A DNA stretch of 64,000 nt from Camelus ferus (taxonomy: Eukaryota). Both the position numbers and the translations under genes were made by a program. The notes under the pieces were generated by a model that was not told where the DNA came from, made no database searches, and saw only the letters and a program-made list of their open reading frames with translations. Below, piece after piece: positions 14,325-26,199 of the stretch (positions are counted from its first letter, which is position 1; each line of letters opens with the position of its first letter). The stretch is from assembly GCF_009834535.1 (NCBI RefSeq), contig NC_045697.1, positions 60,700,001 to 60,764,000 of the forward strand, in the 5' to 3' direction.

Positions 14325-14500
14325 AGATTTCAGTTTCCCTTAAAAGTGGGAAGACCTGGCAACATTAGGCCTAAAATTGTGCCTGGCTGTTCTATATAGA
14401 AGAGGAGAGTGACCCCATTCATCTGAACCCAAAGATCTCCTCGGATCCTACAGGCCACTTCAATTTATAACCCTGAATCCTGCAGTTTACATGACCTAGC
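14325..14500. mobile_element. MER102-like hAT-Charlie fragment
   Basis: cagatttcagtttcccttaaaagtgggaagacctggcaacattaggcc motif. Confidence 0.5.
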
Positions 14501-14939
14501 CTCAGAAAAGATGCTGATAAAATGTTCTCATTTATAATCTGGCAATTTGACATTTTCATGGGAACTTATATGAGCTGTATTAATCTTGAATCAGAGAATG
14601 TAAAATTATGGAAGTGAAGCTTAATCAAATAACAAAAAGTAAAAGAAATTAAAAAAAATAGAATGTAGAAATTTTTCATCTAGGTTACTCAGTAAAAGCT
14701 TCAACAGTATCCAGTGTGCTAATACAATTATCACTCGTTTGTTTCCATTTATAACATTTCATTCTATGGTTATTTAATCTCTTATTCATGTCATCATTTG
14801 GGGTTGATGGCTTTTTAAATCCATTACTCCCACATAGTGGTATTTCCAGGAGGGGTCAAAATAATGTGTGCATTCAATTTGCTATGTTTAACAGAGAATG
14901 TCCAATTTTTCTTGTATTTACTGTAAGTTAGGGTTTTGT

Positions 14940-16035
14940 CTACACTGCTTTACTAAAAATGATTTTTTGATCACCGATAAACTATCTGTTGCCAAATCCA
15001 ATAGACACTTCTTTGCCCCCAATTTCCTAAAACTTCTGGCAATATTTAGCACAACTGACTATTTTTTTCTCTTTTAAAATATATACTTGACTTGTATGAC
15101 TTTTTTTTTTTTCAATTTTCTTGCTGACTCCTTCTACTCTAAATGATGTCTAAATGTTTTTATTTGAGAAATATTCTGCTCCCTATTCTCTTCTTCATTC
15201 ACATCAAGTACAACACTGATGATTCTCAGATCTCCAGCAGCATACTTCTTTTCTGGGCTCTAAACTCACTTGATATCTCCAAATTATATCTCTTGAAGTG
15301 CTTAACAAGACTCTTTTATCTTCCTTTCACCTTTATCCCAGTCAATGGGGTTCACCTCTCAAAGCTAAAACCTGACAATCCCAGTTCCTCTCTCTCCATT
15401 AACTCCCACATTCAATTCATCAGAAAGTCCTGTTGATTCTGTCTCCAAATACATAACTTGAGTCTACTCATCTCATACTCAGACTCTTGCAAGCTATTAT
15501 TAAACATTTCTTATGATTTCTTATGGCTCTATACTCACAATTCATTTCTTCCATCACAGCACATATGACCCTCTAATGTCCCTTACCACAACTTAAAAGA
15601 ATCAGGATGATTTATCTATTCACTAGCTGGCTCTCCAAACTTGTCTTCCTCCTCCTTAATTCTTCAGGGAGAGCTATCTTTATTTTGTCTCTTAAACATG
15701 ACAGAATACTTTTTCTGCCTAAGATTCCACATATTTGTTTATTCTCTGTCTCTAATTCTCTTTTCCTCACTTTTAAAATGGCTAATCATTTTATCTTTCA
15801 ATATTAAGTTCTCTCAATCATAGAAACTTTTCTCAAACACCATCTTTTTTTTTTAACTTTATAGCATTTATAACAGCTTATAAGTGTGTATAAATACAAC
15901 AGTTAAAGGAATTTTTTTACAGTTAAAGTCCATGGGTGAACATTGTCTGCCTAGTATCTCATTGATTTGTTGACAATTAGTACACTGCTTAACTCATAGT
16001 AAGTTCTCATGAAATATTAGTCAATTTAGTGAATA
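14940..16035 (+). mobile_element. L2 3' portion
   Basis: tgttgccaaatccaatagacactt; caattcatcagaaagtcctgttgattct; L2 tail catagtaagttctcatgaaatatt...gtgaat. Confidence 0.75.
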
Positions 16036-16849
16036 ATAGCACTGTTTTGTCATAGATGGATGTGACATTTAATAATATTATATTTTGTATTCTAGCCACT
16101 AAAAAGTATATTCATGTTATTGTAATAATTTTTTATTCATAACACCGCTCCCTATTAAACAGTAATAGTATTTAAGTAGACGAAAACCATAAATGATATC
16201 ACATATATATTACTTGAGCTTTCAGTAATCTGCGCTTGTGCTAAACTTTTCATTGGTCTCAGTAACTATAACTGGACACCAATAGTAGCTGAGAAAAGAT
16301 CTGTAATTAAATATATTGTTTCCAGAATGGAAAACAAATGAATAAATGTCTCAGAAAACTTGGCCAGACAGACCCAAGTGTATTGTGTCACTGCAGTGTA
16401 TCTCTAGAGGCAGCAAGTTATTGTTTCCTTTCTCTAAGAAAACTTCAATGAAGTTCATAGACTTAACTCTTGCAATTATCAGCATTCATTAGTGACTCTG
16501 AAAATGTAGAAAACATATTATTTTGAGGCATCAGATTGAATCACACCCATCAAGTTGGAACGCAACCTACAGATCTCATTTGTGAGCAAATCTAATCATC
16601 TTTCAAAGTTATCTGGTTATCATGATGTCCAGTCTCTGCATACCAAATTAGTTTTATTGTTACCTACACAGCAATCAACATTTCATCATCTTTAGGATCA
16701 TTCTCTGAAAGAATTGCTTTCCCAAGTATTTAATGTCTACTACAAATTCAAGTTAAAAGAGTAACGTTTCAGAGTAGATCATGTAAAAATCTTGGAGCCA
16801 ACTTCTGAGTTCTTGTCGCTTACTTTAATTGCTCAATACTTTTAACAGT

Positions 16850-17054
16850 TTGGGGCAGGAGAAAGCTATACGGCCCATGAGTCATATCTGGTTCACTGCC
16901 TATAGACAGTTTCACTGGAAAAAATCCACCCTTGTTTGTTTTCATATTCTCTGTGGCTGCTTCTGTGCCACAAATCAGAGCTGAGTAGTTGCAGCAGAAA
17001 TTGTAGCATCTACATACTATCTGGCCCTTTGCAGAAAATGTTTGTCGATCCCTG
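16850..17054 (-). mobile_element. MER58A hAT-Charlie MITE
   Basis: gagctgagtagttgcagcaga...tactatctggccctttgcagaaaatgtttgtcgatccctg terminus. Confidence 0.88.
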
Positions 17055-18424
17055 GTTTAAGACACTGGTCCAGGCACCTTACTTGTGAGTGCCCAGGAAG
17101 ATGGGGTGAGTGAACTCTGAAGTCTCTACCATCTCATGCTTCTTTATCTTATGTTCATTAGTTTAGCTATGTCTGGCGTTATACATCCTGATTGCATTAG
17201 CATTCATGTCAGTAGAATAAACTTATTTTTCTTTTCCCTTTTCTAGTTTGAACACATTAAATAAGTACGATATCCTCAGCAGAACAATTATTAACTTAAT
17301 GGAATGAAGAATCAATATTTTCTGTCTCTAATTTATTTTTCATTCTTTACAAAAAGGTAAAGAGGGGCTCTCAGGTGATGACAGTAAGTCAAAATTCAGG
17401 ATATGTTAGAAGACCTACAAGGTTTTTTTGTTTGTTTGTTTTGATTTGGTTTGGTTTGGTTTTTACCTTAAACATGTTTGACAAAACATACTGCAATCAG
17501 AAGGGAATTCAATATCCATTTATTTTTATTTCAATCTGTAAAGAAATTATCCTTGTTCACCATATGTAACATATTTTAGTTATTTAAGAAATTAGAATAT
17601 TTTAGAAATTACTTTTGGCAAACCTGTTTGTAAGAGGTGAGATGTTGTGTATACTCAATACTAAATTAGTGAAGTTGACCTGTGGAAAATGGAACACTTA
17701 CAAGATTTCTACATAAATATTTGTAAGTGGAGGAAACTTGAAGTTTATGACAATAAAAAAATGGAACACCAAACTACTGATTTCCAATCTTTCTCACCCT
17801 TTGCACATTGGGTTTCCAACTTCAAAAGGCAATAAAAAACACCAATAAAATGATGTAGAGGAAATATTAAAATAATATACACATGATCCCAAAACAATTT
17901 TAAAAATACTGTGCTGAATTAATGTTCTGAAATATGGCTTGATTAGATCTGATAGCTGAGGTCACATTGCCATCTAAGGACATGTCATGCCAAGAGACTA
18001 CAGGTACACCCAAAAAAAGCCAAAGGGCAAAACAAAAATTTCTTAAAGCAAAATCTGAAAAACTAATATTCCTTCTTAAGTGTATAAGAGCAGAAGAAGT
18101 CATGTCTTTCAGTAGTAAACTGATGTAGGGTGTCATCTGATGCTATTTAAAATAAAATTTTAACTGCCTTTCAAAGGGAAATGATGACAGAGGTATACTC
18201 TGAAAATCACTCTTATATAATATTCAAAAGCCAGAAACCATACCCGCAAATATCAAAGTTTTCCAGAAGGAAGACACTGACTTAGCAACAGAAATGCTAC
18301 CTAGACTCTGGATTCCCGGTGTTGGCTTTTGCTTTTCTCACACTGACTATTTTATTTCGCCTCTCAGCTTACTCCTGGATGAACAATGTTTTCTCTGACA
18401 AGCTTTGGATTCTTCTAAGAGATT

Positions 18425-18565
18425 AGAGTGATTTAGTGTAGAAGAGACTGGTGCTTTGCTGCCCTTAAGAAAGAAAGATGCAGATGTCAATGACCTTAAA
18501 GGTCTTTGTCCAAATCAGCTTCTCTCCTCTCCCTGCTTTCCTTCCTGCAGGAGGAAAATCAGTCA
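18425..18565 (+). repeat. Copy 1 of a ~140-bp local direct duplication
   Basis: Aligns without gaps to 20821-20923 over the first 103 bp with about 15 mismatches by hand count. Confidence 0.9.
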
Positions 18566-18984
18566 TGTCTACACAAATCCCAATTCCATTAACCTTTCAG
18601 CTACTGCTGAGCCATGGTTGTACTAAGGTCCCTAACATTATATATGTCAAGAATTGGCTGGCATGTCCTTTGTATGTCTCTGTTGTAATATCTTGACTAT
18701 TTCAGGTAGTTCATAGGTCAGTTATCGGGGAATATTAAAGTGCACTACAATTTTTATTTCTGGAATTAATGCCTGAACTTGAGGTTCATTGAAGGGGTGA
18801 AGAAGTACAAAAGCAGACTCTCTTACACACACACGTTATATTTAGTTCTATTATGTCATGTTCTTATTAAATTCTCTATGCTTAAAGTTCACAGAAAGAC
18901 AGTAAAGAGGAAGAAAATATACTCTAAAGTTATTTCTTGGAAATCACAGGAAGATGTGTAAATTGAACTCTAATATTAGTCTGC

Positions 18985-19200
18985 ACACTATAGCAAATAT
19001 GAATAAGGACTCTAGAAACCAGATTGCTTAGCTCCCATCTCAACTTTGCTTTTTATAAAGTGTGCTGCCTTGGGAATATAACTTAACATTTCTGTGCATC
19101 TGTTTCCTCAAATATAAATAAGAATGAACCTTAGCAATATAGTAATAGTGATGACAGAATGAGTCAATATGTGCTGTAATTATATTTAAGCATAGATTAC
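18985..19200 (+). mobile_element. MIR SINE
   Basis: ggactctagaaaccagattgctt...ccttgggaatataacttaacatttctgtgcatctgtttcctca core. Confidence 0.75.
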
Positions 19201-19317
19201 AACAAAATTTGTAAATGATAATATTCATAGAATTTATTAATAATAGATGATATATATCAGCTATAAAAGGATTAAAAAGAAAACACAAGAAAGCAAAAGG
19301 CAAGATTTTTGAGACCA

Positions 19318-19907
19318 TGTGGGTTCTGGTCGGCAGAAGTCCCACCGAGACAGAATGAATTACTCGAGACTCTGTGGAAAAAGTCAAGAGAGTGAGAGGG
19401 AGTCAACTCCATGAGCCTCTCAAATGCTCCCACATTTATTGTGTACAATCAAAGGAGAAATCACTGACAGTTGTGTGACGGAATGCAGGAATTTAGGGAA
19501 AGACAGGGTGGGATCCAGATTGTAGAAATCACAATGAGTACAAAGGCTTAGTTTACCTTTAGGGAAGTCATGGGGAGAGGGGAACAAGATACATTCTTAT
19601 AGATATGTTAGAGCAGACCACCAGACCAAACAGTTCCTTGCTTTGGGGATAGAAGACTATCTAACAGCAGGCACGCCCAGCGTTTATAGCTGAGGGCCTG
19701 AGTCATTGCTTTGCAACTAGCAGAGTGCTATCTAAAACCTCAACTATGCAAGCAAGGCATTGTCTCTGCTTTTTATGGCAAGGAGACTGGAGTGCGGATG
19801 CACAGGCGCCTGCGTGCAAGGCAGTTACTAAGCACATTTGTTCTTCTTTAAGGAGACAAGTGGCTGGGGTCTGTTACAAGTTGTTAACCCAATCATGGGC
19901 TCCCACA
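19318..19907 (-). mobile_element. Young solo LTR, probably ERV2/betaretrovirus-like
   Basis: Termini TGTGGG...CCCACA; perfect 6-bp TSD agacca at 19312-19317 and 19908-19913; minus-strand TATAAA (19683-19688) and AATAAA (19435-19440); 9 CpGs retained. Confidence 0.9.
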
Positions 19908-20359
19908 AGACCATTCTACAGTAAATAATAATATTTTTTAAATTATATTGACAATTTTAAATTTGTTAATATTGCATTACTACACAGTTTACAGAACCCC
20001 CAAACATACAGGAATATAGGATATTTGCGTATCTTTCATTCAATAATTGACTGAATTAGTTAAAGTAATTGTAATGTAGGGAGTGGAATGGATTCATGCA
20101 GAAGGAAAAGCTGATATAGTGTAACAGTGAAATAGGACTTTTGCAAATACCCTATAATCCAGTATGTGGTCTCCTCTCTCCCTCGTACTTTCAGACTCTT
20201 TATTAATGTAGGCCTTGTCTTCTCATCTGATGTGTTCTGTAAGAACCGTTCCCTTGTTAAAAACAAAACAAAACCTCCCATTGCCTATGCTTCTTCACGC
20301 TACTGTCATCTTTTTGCTTTAAATACAAAATGATTCAATTTTAAGATCTTTGTCTAATT

Positions 20360-21155
20360 TTTCTTTTTACTCCCTAATAACCTTCTTTCATTCTGAACAA
20401 TTTACTGAAACTACTTTCTTCAAGATCATCAATTATTTCCCCAAAATCTCATGAAATGATTTTGAGGTTTATTCTCTGCTTGTGTTTTGTTGTGATCTTT
20501 TACCAAATCTGGAAGAGCTGGCTAGACAACAGCCTATCTTGATAACCTACATTTCCAACGTTGTGTCCTGGTGACTGTTCAAGCCTGTCTTTCTCCCCGT
20601 AACTATGATTATCCTTCTCCCTCTCTGTACCACTATTTTCCCCTCCTCTGAAGCTCTAAGTATATGCAGAATCTACCAAGGCTATGGACACAGTACTCTA
20701 CATTTTGTTTAACAAATTATTTCTCTTGTGTATTGCATAGTATCCTGTAACTTCACTTGTCACATCTATGCAAAGGACTAGAGCCCCTGATCCATTATGA
20801 GATCCAGTATACAATATAACAGAGTGATTTAGTATAGAAGGGACTGGTGCTTTTTAGCCCTTAAGAATGTAAGTTGCAGATGTGAATGACTTTAAAAGTC
20901 TTTGTCTAAGTTAGCTTCTTTCCCCCCCTTTCTTTTTCTGCAGAAAAAAAATCAGACAACAAAAATGGCCTATTACTGACTCAAATTCAAATTAGAATAC
21001 ATTATCTACCTTATCCTCTCCTGCTACTGGTTCTGTATCTTTAAGCTTACAGTTACTTTTAGGTCTTCTCTTTTCATGCCATATTCAATAATTATCTATG
21101 CAACTGAGATTCAGTTTACTCTTAATGTACGGCCTACATTAGAGAAAATCTAATT
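20360..21155 (+). mobile_element. Decayed L2 fragment containing an inserted duplicate
   Basis: tttactgaaactactttcttcaagatcatcaat; gtcacatctatgcaaaggact...gagatccag are L2-like. Confidence 0.55.
20821..20958 (+). repeat. Copy 2 of the ~140-bp local direct duplication
   Basis: agagtgatttagtatagaagggactggtgcttt...ctgcagaaaaaaaatcagaca, homologous to 18425-18565. Confidence 0.9.
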
Positions 21156-21160
21156 ATTGC

Positions 21161-21615
21161 TGTTATGGGTTGAATTGTGTCCCCCCAAAAGATATGTTAA
21201 GGTCCTAACATCTATTATTTTAGAATGTGAACTTCTTTGGACATTGGGTTATTATAGATGCAGTTATTTAAGATTAGAGTGCACACTTGAGTAGGATGGG
21301 CCCTATTCCATTATGACTAGTGTCCTTGTAAGAAGAGGGAAGACAGACACACAGGAAAATGCCATGTGATGACAGAGGCAGAGATTGGAATGATGCAGCT
21401 GCAAACCCAGGAACACCAAGGACTGACGGACACCATCAGAAGCCAGGAAGAGATAAGGAAGGAGTCTCCCTTAGCGGCTTCAGAGAAAGCACAGCCCAGA
21501 CAATAACTTGACTCTGTACTTCAAGCCTCCAGAACCGTGAGGCAATGAATTTCTGTTGCTCTGAGGCATCCATTTTTGGTACTTTCTTATGACAGCCCTA
21601 GGAAACCAATGTACA
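21161..21615 (+). mobile_element. MLT1C MaLR solo LTR, near full length
   Basis: Starts tgttatgggttgaattgtgtccccccaaaagatatgtt; ends gacagccctaggaaaccaatgtaca; possible decayed TSD attgc/gttgt. Confidence 0.92.
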
Positions 21616-22169
21616 GTTGTACTTCTCATTTATTAATCACAAAAGAGTTCTGAGCTCACATGATATTGTGTACATCCACTTAAATCACCTATTTGTTCTG
21701 ACTATAATTGTGATTTTGTCTATTTTTCTTTGTAGCTTTAGAAAACTTTGGTGCATGTACATTGAAGCTCTAATATTAGATGCATACATATTTAAGATTA
21801 TTAGGCCTTTTTGGTGAATTGACTCTATTATTGTTATGAAATATTCCTCTTAATTTCTCATAATATTCTTTTCTCTAGAATCAGTTAATCATTCAAATTT
21901 CACTTGATTAGTGTTAGCATGGTATATTTATTTCCATTATTTTAATTTATTTGTACCTGTATAAATAAAGTGAGTATCTTACAGCCAACATAAAGTGAAT
22001 GGTGTCCTGGATTTTTTAATCCTACCTGAAAATTCTCATCTTTAAATTGGAGTGTTTAGACTATTTAAATTATTATAGTTTATTTTAAATAAATCATCTT
22101 GCTATTTGTTTTCCATTTATTCCATCTGTTCTTTGTATACAGTTTCCTCTTTTTCTTCCAAATCCTACC

Positions 22170-22328
22170 TACTCGCAGCCTGTTTTTGTATAGCCTAAGA
22201 ACAACAACAACAAAAAATGGTTTTTGCCCTTTTAAAGTTATAAACAACACAAAACAAAAAATATGCAATAGAGACCAAATGTATTCCTCAAAGACTAAAC
22301 TATTTACTCTCTGCCCCCGTTATAGAAA
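22170..22328 (-). mobile_element. MER58B/C-like fragment inserted in L1
   Basis: gcctgtttttgtatagcc...aatggtttttgcc...gagaccaaatgt...tatttactctctgccc. Confidence 0.65.
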
Positions 22329-22529
22329 CATCACAGTGCACAACTGTGACATTTACTTTAAATAATAAATTAACTTTTAAGGAGATTTAATTTTGTTTTG
22401 TCTTTTATACACATATACCCCTGTAATCACTATTTCTGCTTCTCTTCACTCCTTTGGAAAAATCCAGATTTCTATTTAGTATAATTTTTCTCCTACTTAA
22501 AGGAATTTATTTTTCTTCATATACATATC

Positions 22530-22545
22530 TGTGTGTATGTGTGTG

Positions 22546-22581
<36 letters not shown>
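22530..22581. repeat. Compound (TG)n(AG)n microsatellite
   Basis: Read directly. Confidence 0.97.
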
Positions 22582-24963
22582 TTTGCTAATATACATGTCT
22601 CTGAACTTTACATCTGTGTTTGTCTTCCAGTCATTCTTTTCTGTCTTTCATTTTGGATACTTTTTATTACATTGTGTTCCTGTTCACTAATATTTTCCGC
22701 TGCAATATTATTAGCCCTATCTGGTGTAGTTTTCTTCTCAGTGATTGTGGTTTTCATCTTATAGAAGGTTGATTCTGGTCCTTTTTATATTTTCCTTGTC
22801 TCTAATTTATGTACGTAATTTTTTCTCTAGCATCGTGAACCTATGGGAAGCAGCTGCATCTGTTTTTAATGTTCTTTTATGTTAATTCTACCATATTGGT
22901 TATTTGTGTTGATTTTAATTAATTGATTCTATTCTCATAGTAGGTTGCATTTTTCTGCTTATTTCCATGCCTGGGCATTTCTGATTGGATGACAGGCATT
23001 GTGAAATTTACCTTGTTGGTTGTTGGATTTTTGTATTAATACAAAAAATCATAAGATTCATTCTGAGATTTGTTTAAGTTAAATTAGAAATAGCTAATTT
23101 TTTGTAACTTGTCTGTTTATCTTCATTAGTTGAGATAAGAGCAAGATTTATTCTATGTCTAATTTTCCTCTACCCCTGAGGCAAGACCCTTCTAAGTAAC
23201 ATACCTGATGTTCTGTAAACTATAAGGGTTTAGCCTCTGTCTGGTAGAAACAGGAAATACTCTCAACCTATGGGAGCTTCAGATATTGTTCCTGCTAATC
23301 CTCTTGGGTGATTTTCCACCCAATCTTGGAAGTTACTCACAATCTTTGATTGATTAGTACTCAGATGATTACTCAAAGGATATCCTCTGAAGATCTTGAA
23401 AGCTATTTATCCAAGCAATTCTCTCTTCTCTGATACTTGTGCCTGCTCATTGTAGCTTCACTGACCTCTAGAGTAACAGCTTCACCTTCTCCAGCGAGGG
23501 AGATTCTCAGGCTACATTTGGGTTTCTTGATTCTGAAAGTAGGCTAAAGCAATTATCAGGCTCACTGTATTTGTTTCCCACATCCCATGTATCACTGTCC
23601 TTCACTGCCTGATTCCAATGTCTTGAGAACTTTTTTTTTTTTTTTTTTTGCTTTTTTCCCCATTTTCAGTTGTTTCTGGCTGAGTATTAGTCCAGATCTT
23701 GATTGGACATGAAATTCCCCAGTATTCCATTCTGAGCTTAATTTATAGTCTGTTAGTAGTGTGGCCATAAAAAATATTATTGTATTTGAAAATTTATGTA
23801 AAATACATGGTGTCATACATCATTCCATTAAAAGAACATTAACACTCCTAGAACAATCAAGTGAGTACTGACCAGCCCACACATATGAGAAAGCTATCAA
23901 AAGCCAAGGAAAATTAAGCTTTAATTTAAGTATAATACATATAAGAACAAATATAGTACCTTAAAAAAGAATAAACATACGTCAATAATGCAATTATGGA
24001 CTGAACAAAACCAATGGTTTATGAAACTAAAATTGTTAATCACTGAGAAAATATAACACAGAGCTGAGATGGAAGATTTTTAAAAAATTCTAAAATAAAT
24101 ATTCCTGTGCTTCTTTATGCCCTTACCTACAAAATTGAAAGGGTAAAGTTGAAAATATAGTTTATTTACTAAGAAGCACAACTCTGCATAACTACCATTT
24201 CTGCATGAATGCTCAAAAAAATTCATTGAAATCCTGTCTTAAAATGATTTAAGATCAGGAATATTTATGTAATCAATTTTAGACAACTAACAGCTGAGAT
24301 CAGTTTTATAAAAGGCAGATGTTATTACATATATACATTATACATTACTAATATAAAGGCAAAAGAGGAAGCCTAATTACATTTAACGTGCATATGCCTT
24401 TTCTCTCAAGATGTTTTCAGAATTTATAAATATGAAGACTTTTACCACTGTTATTATGTTTTGAATTTATTTAGTTTTTTTAACCCTAGAAGTAACAGAA
24501 TTTCAACCGATTGAAAAAGTATTTGCAGCATGTCATTTTTTTACTTAAATTTTTCTTCTAATTTACACCTATCCAGCAATATCACTTGCAAAATGTCTAA
24601 TAATGTGAAATAAGAACCACAGGGAAGGATTTAATATTAACCAGAGAAAAGAGCTCATACTTATTTGTTATGTCAAATCCAATCTTACTTTTTTTTTACT
24701 AATATTTGCTCCAAGCTGTCATTATATCCTCTGATTTCAGTTCTGAGTCCTAAAAGGATGGGGACATTAGGATCCTAAGAATTGTTAACTCCATAGATTT
24801 TTATTACTAACTACTTACCAGATATGCCAATCAGCCCGCCACATATCTCTCACAGCACCATATTAATTGACTTTAAAAAATTAAATTTAATCCAAAAAGT
24901 ATCTTTGATTTTGATAAATGTTTTAATAGTCCAGAGAAAATTACAGGTACAATATTGTCTCCC

Positions 24964-25225
24964 TTTTATTCATCTAGTTTTTCCATAAATACTTTTGAGT
25001 ATCTGCTTTACCAGGAATATCATAGGTGCTAGAGCCCCAAAACTGTCTTGTATAGACAGGTTTTGAATTCACAGATCTTATTTCTAGTGAAGAAGAAAGG
25101 TTTTAGACAGTTTTCTCAATGAAGTATGAAGATGTTAACACAGATTATACAAGACGCCACTGAAACATATGTCAGGGTGCCTAACCTTCTCTGGCGGACT
25201 TAGTTAAGGCCTCATGAGGAACTGA
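24964..25225 (-). mobile_element. L2 3' end fragment
   Basis: cataaatacttttgagtatctgctttaccagg...taggtgctagag. Confidence 0.6.
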
Positions 25226-25312
25226 TTATTTTTATCCACAATGGAAAAAACATGTCCCTCATTATATAGAAAAAAGTTATTAATAAGATTTTAAACAGTA
25301 CTTAATATATAA

Positions 25313-25433
25313 GGAGGAGGGTATAGCTCACTGTTAGAGCACATGTTTAACATGCATGAGGTCCTGGGTTCAATCCCCAGCAGCTCCTCTAAAAATAAAT
25401 AAATAAATAAACTTAATTACTACTCCCCCAAAA
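25313..25433 (+). mobile_element. vic-1-type camelid tRNA-derived SINE
   Basis: ggagggtatagctcactgttagagcacatg (A box), ggttcaatccc (B box, 25367-25377), (aaat)n, then the aattactactccccc tail typical of vic-1. Confidence 0.88.
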
Positions 25434-25694
25434 TGATACTAACTCTCTCCATATATATTTGGAAGCTTTAAACAATGTACCTAAGATAACCACCATACAT
25501 ATTTTGTTGATAATATTTCCCTGCAACTACTTCCCTTCATTAGATTCCATGCAGCAGTAGAGAATCGCTTAATATTCTCAAACGACTGGAGATCATATCT
25601 GTACTTAATATAGATATTCACAAAAATAGATGGAAAGAATTGTGCTTAAACTGATAAAATCAAATGGAAGAAATAAGTCTACCCTTATTACTTA

Positions 25695-26199
25695 TTTCTT
25701 TAATACCGTTCAAATACTCTCACTTCTGTTTGCTCAACTGCCATCATCTTAGTCCATAGTACCCTCACCTCTTCTGGTATCACTGCCATGGCTTACTAAC
25801 TACTCTTCCTGGCTCCATTTCCTCACTAACTCTTTATGAAAGAGTTGAGCTTGACTTGGGTGTGATATTGCATAAAATATCAAGTAAAGTAATCTAGACT
25901 CTGGACACTTAGTACCATCCACACAAACGTTGCCCAGGACGTCTCCAGCATAGTTAATTTATTCAGGTCCCTTACAACCTTATATAAAATAGCACTTTTC
26001 TCACACTGTACCAAGTTTTGGGGTCTTAACATGTGTTTAACTTGCTTTTGTTACCTAGCATTATATTATATACATTATATAATTTGAGTACAAGGATTTT
26101 ACTATTTTATATACTGTTTTATGTCCAGTAGCTAAAAAGCACCTGGGATATAGTATGTGTTCACTAAATAGTTATCAAATGACAAAATAGATGAATGAA
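25695..26199 (+). mobile_element. L2 3' portion
   Basis: actgccatcatcttagtcca...; tail gcacctgggatatagtatgtgttcactaaatagtt...atgaatgaa. Confidence 0.7.

Larger units (their letters stand above)
13190..14902 (-). mobile_element. HAL1 fragment interrupted by hAT DNA transposons
   Basis: tggagcacatctccagggacttctaggggaagggtacataggaga...cagaattttaaaggcatt resembles HAL1; 5'-end-like tgtgcattcaatttgctatgtttaacagagaatgtc near 14870-14902. Confidence 0.6.
21680..23718 (-). mobile_element. Old L1 (L1M4/L1MC-type) 5' end through the start of ORF2, internally deleted
   Basis: Antisense endonuclease-region text (gaagctctaatattagatgcatacatatttaagatt) and L1M4-type 5' UTR (ctgaggcaagacccttct; atcactgtccttcactgcctgat). 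Confidence 0.75.

Noticed and set aside
25313..25390. Possible tRNA gene
   Set aside because: Stems are degenerate and it continues into the (aaat)n SINE tail, so it is a tRNA-derived SINE
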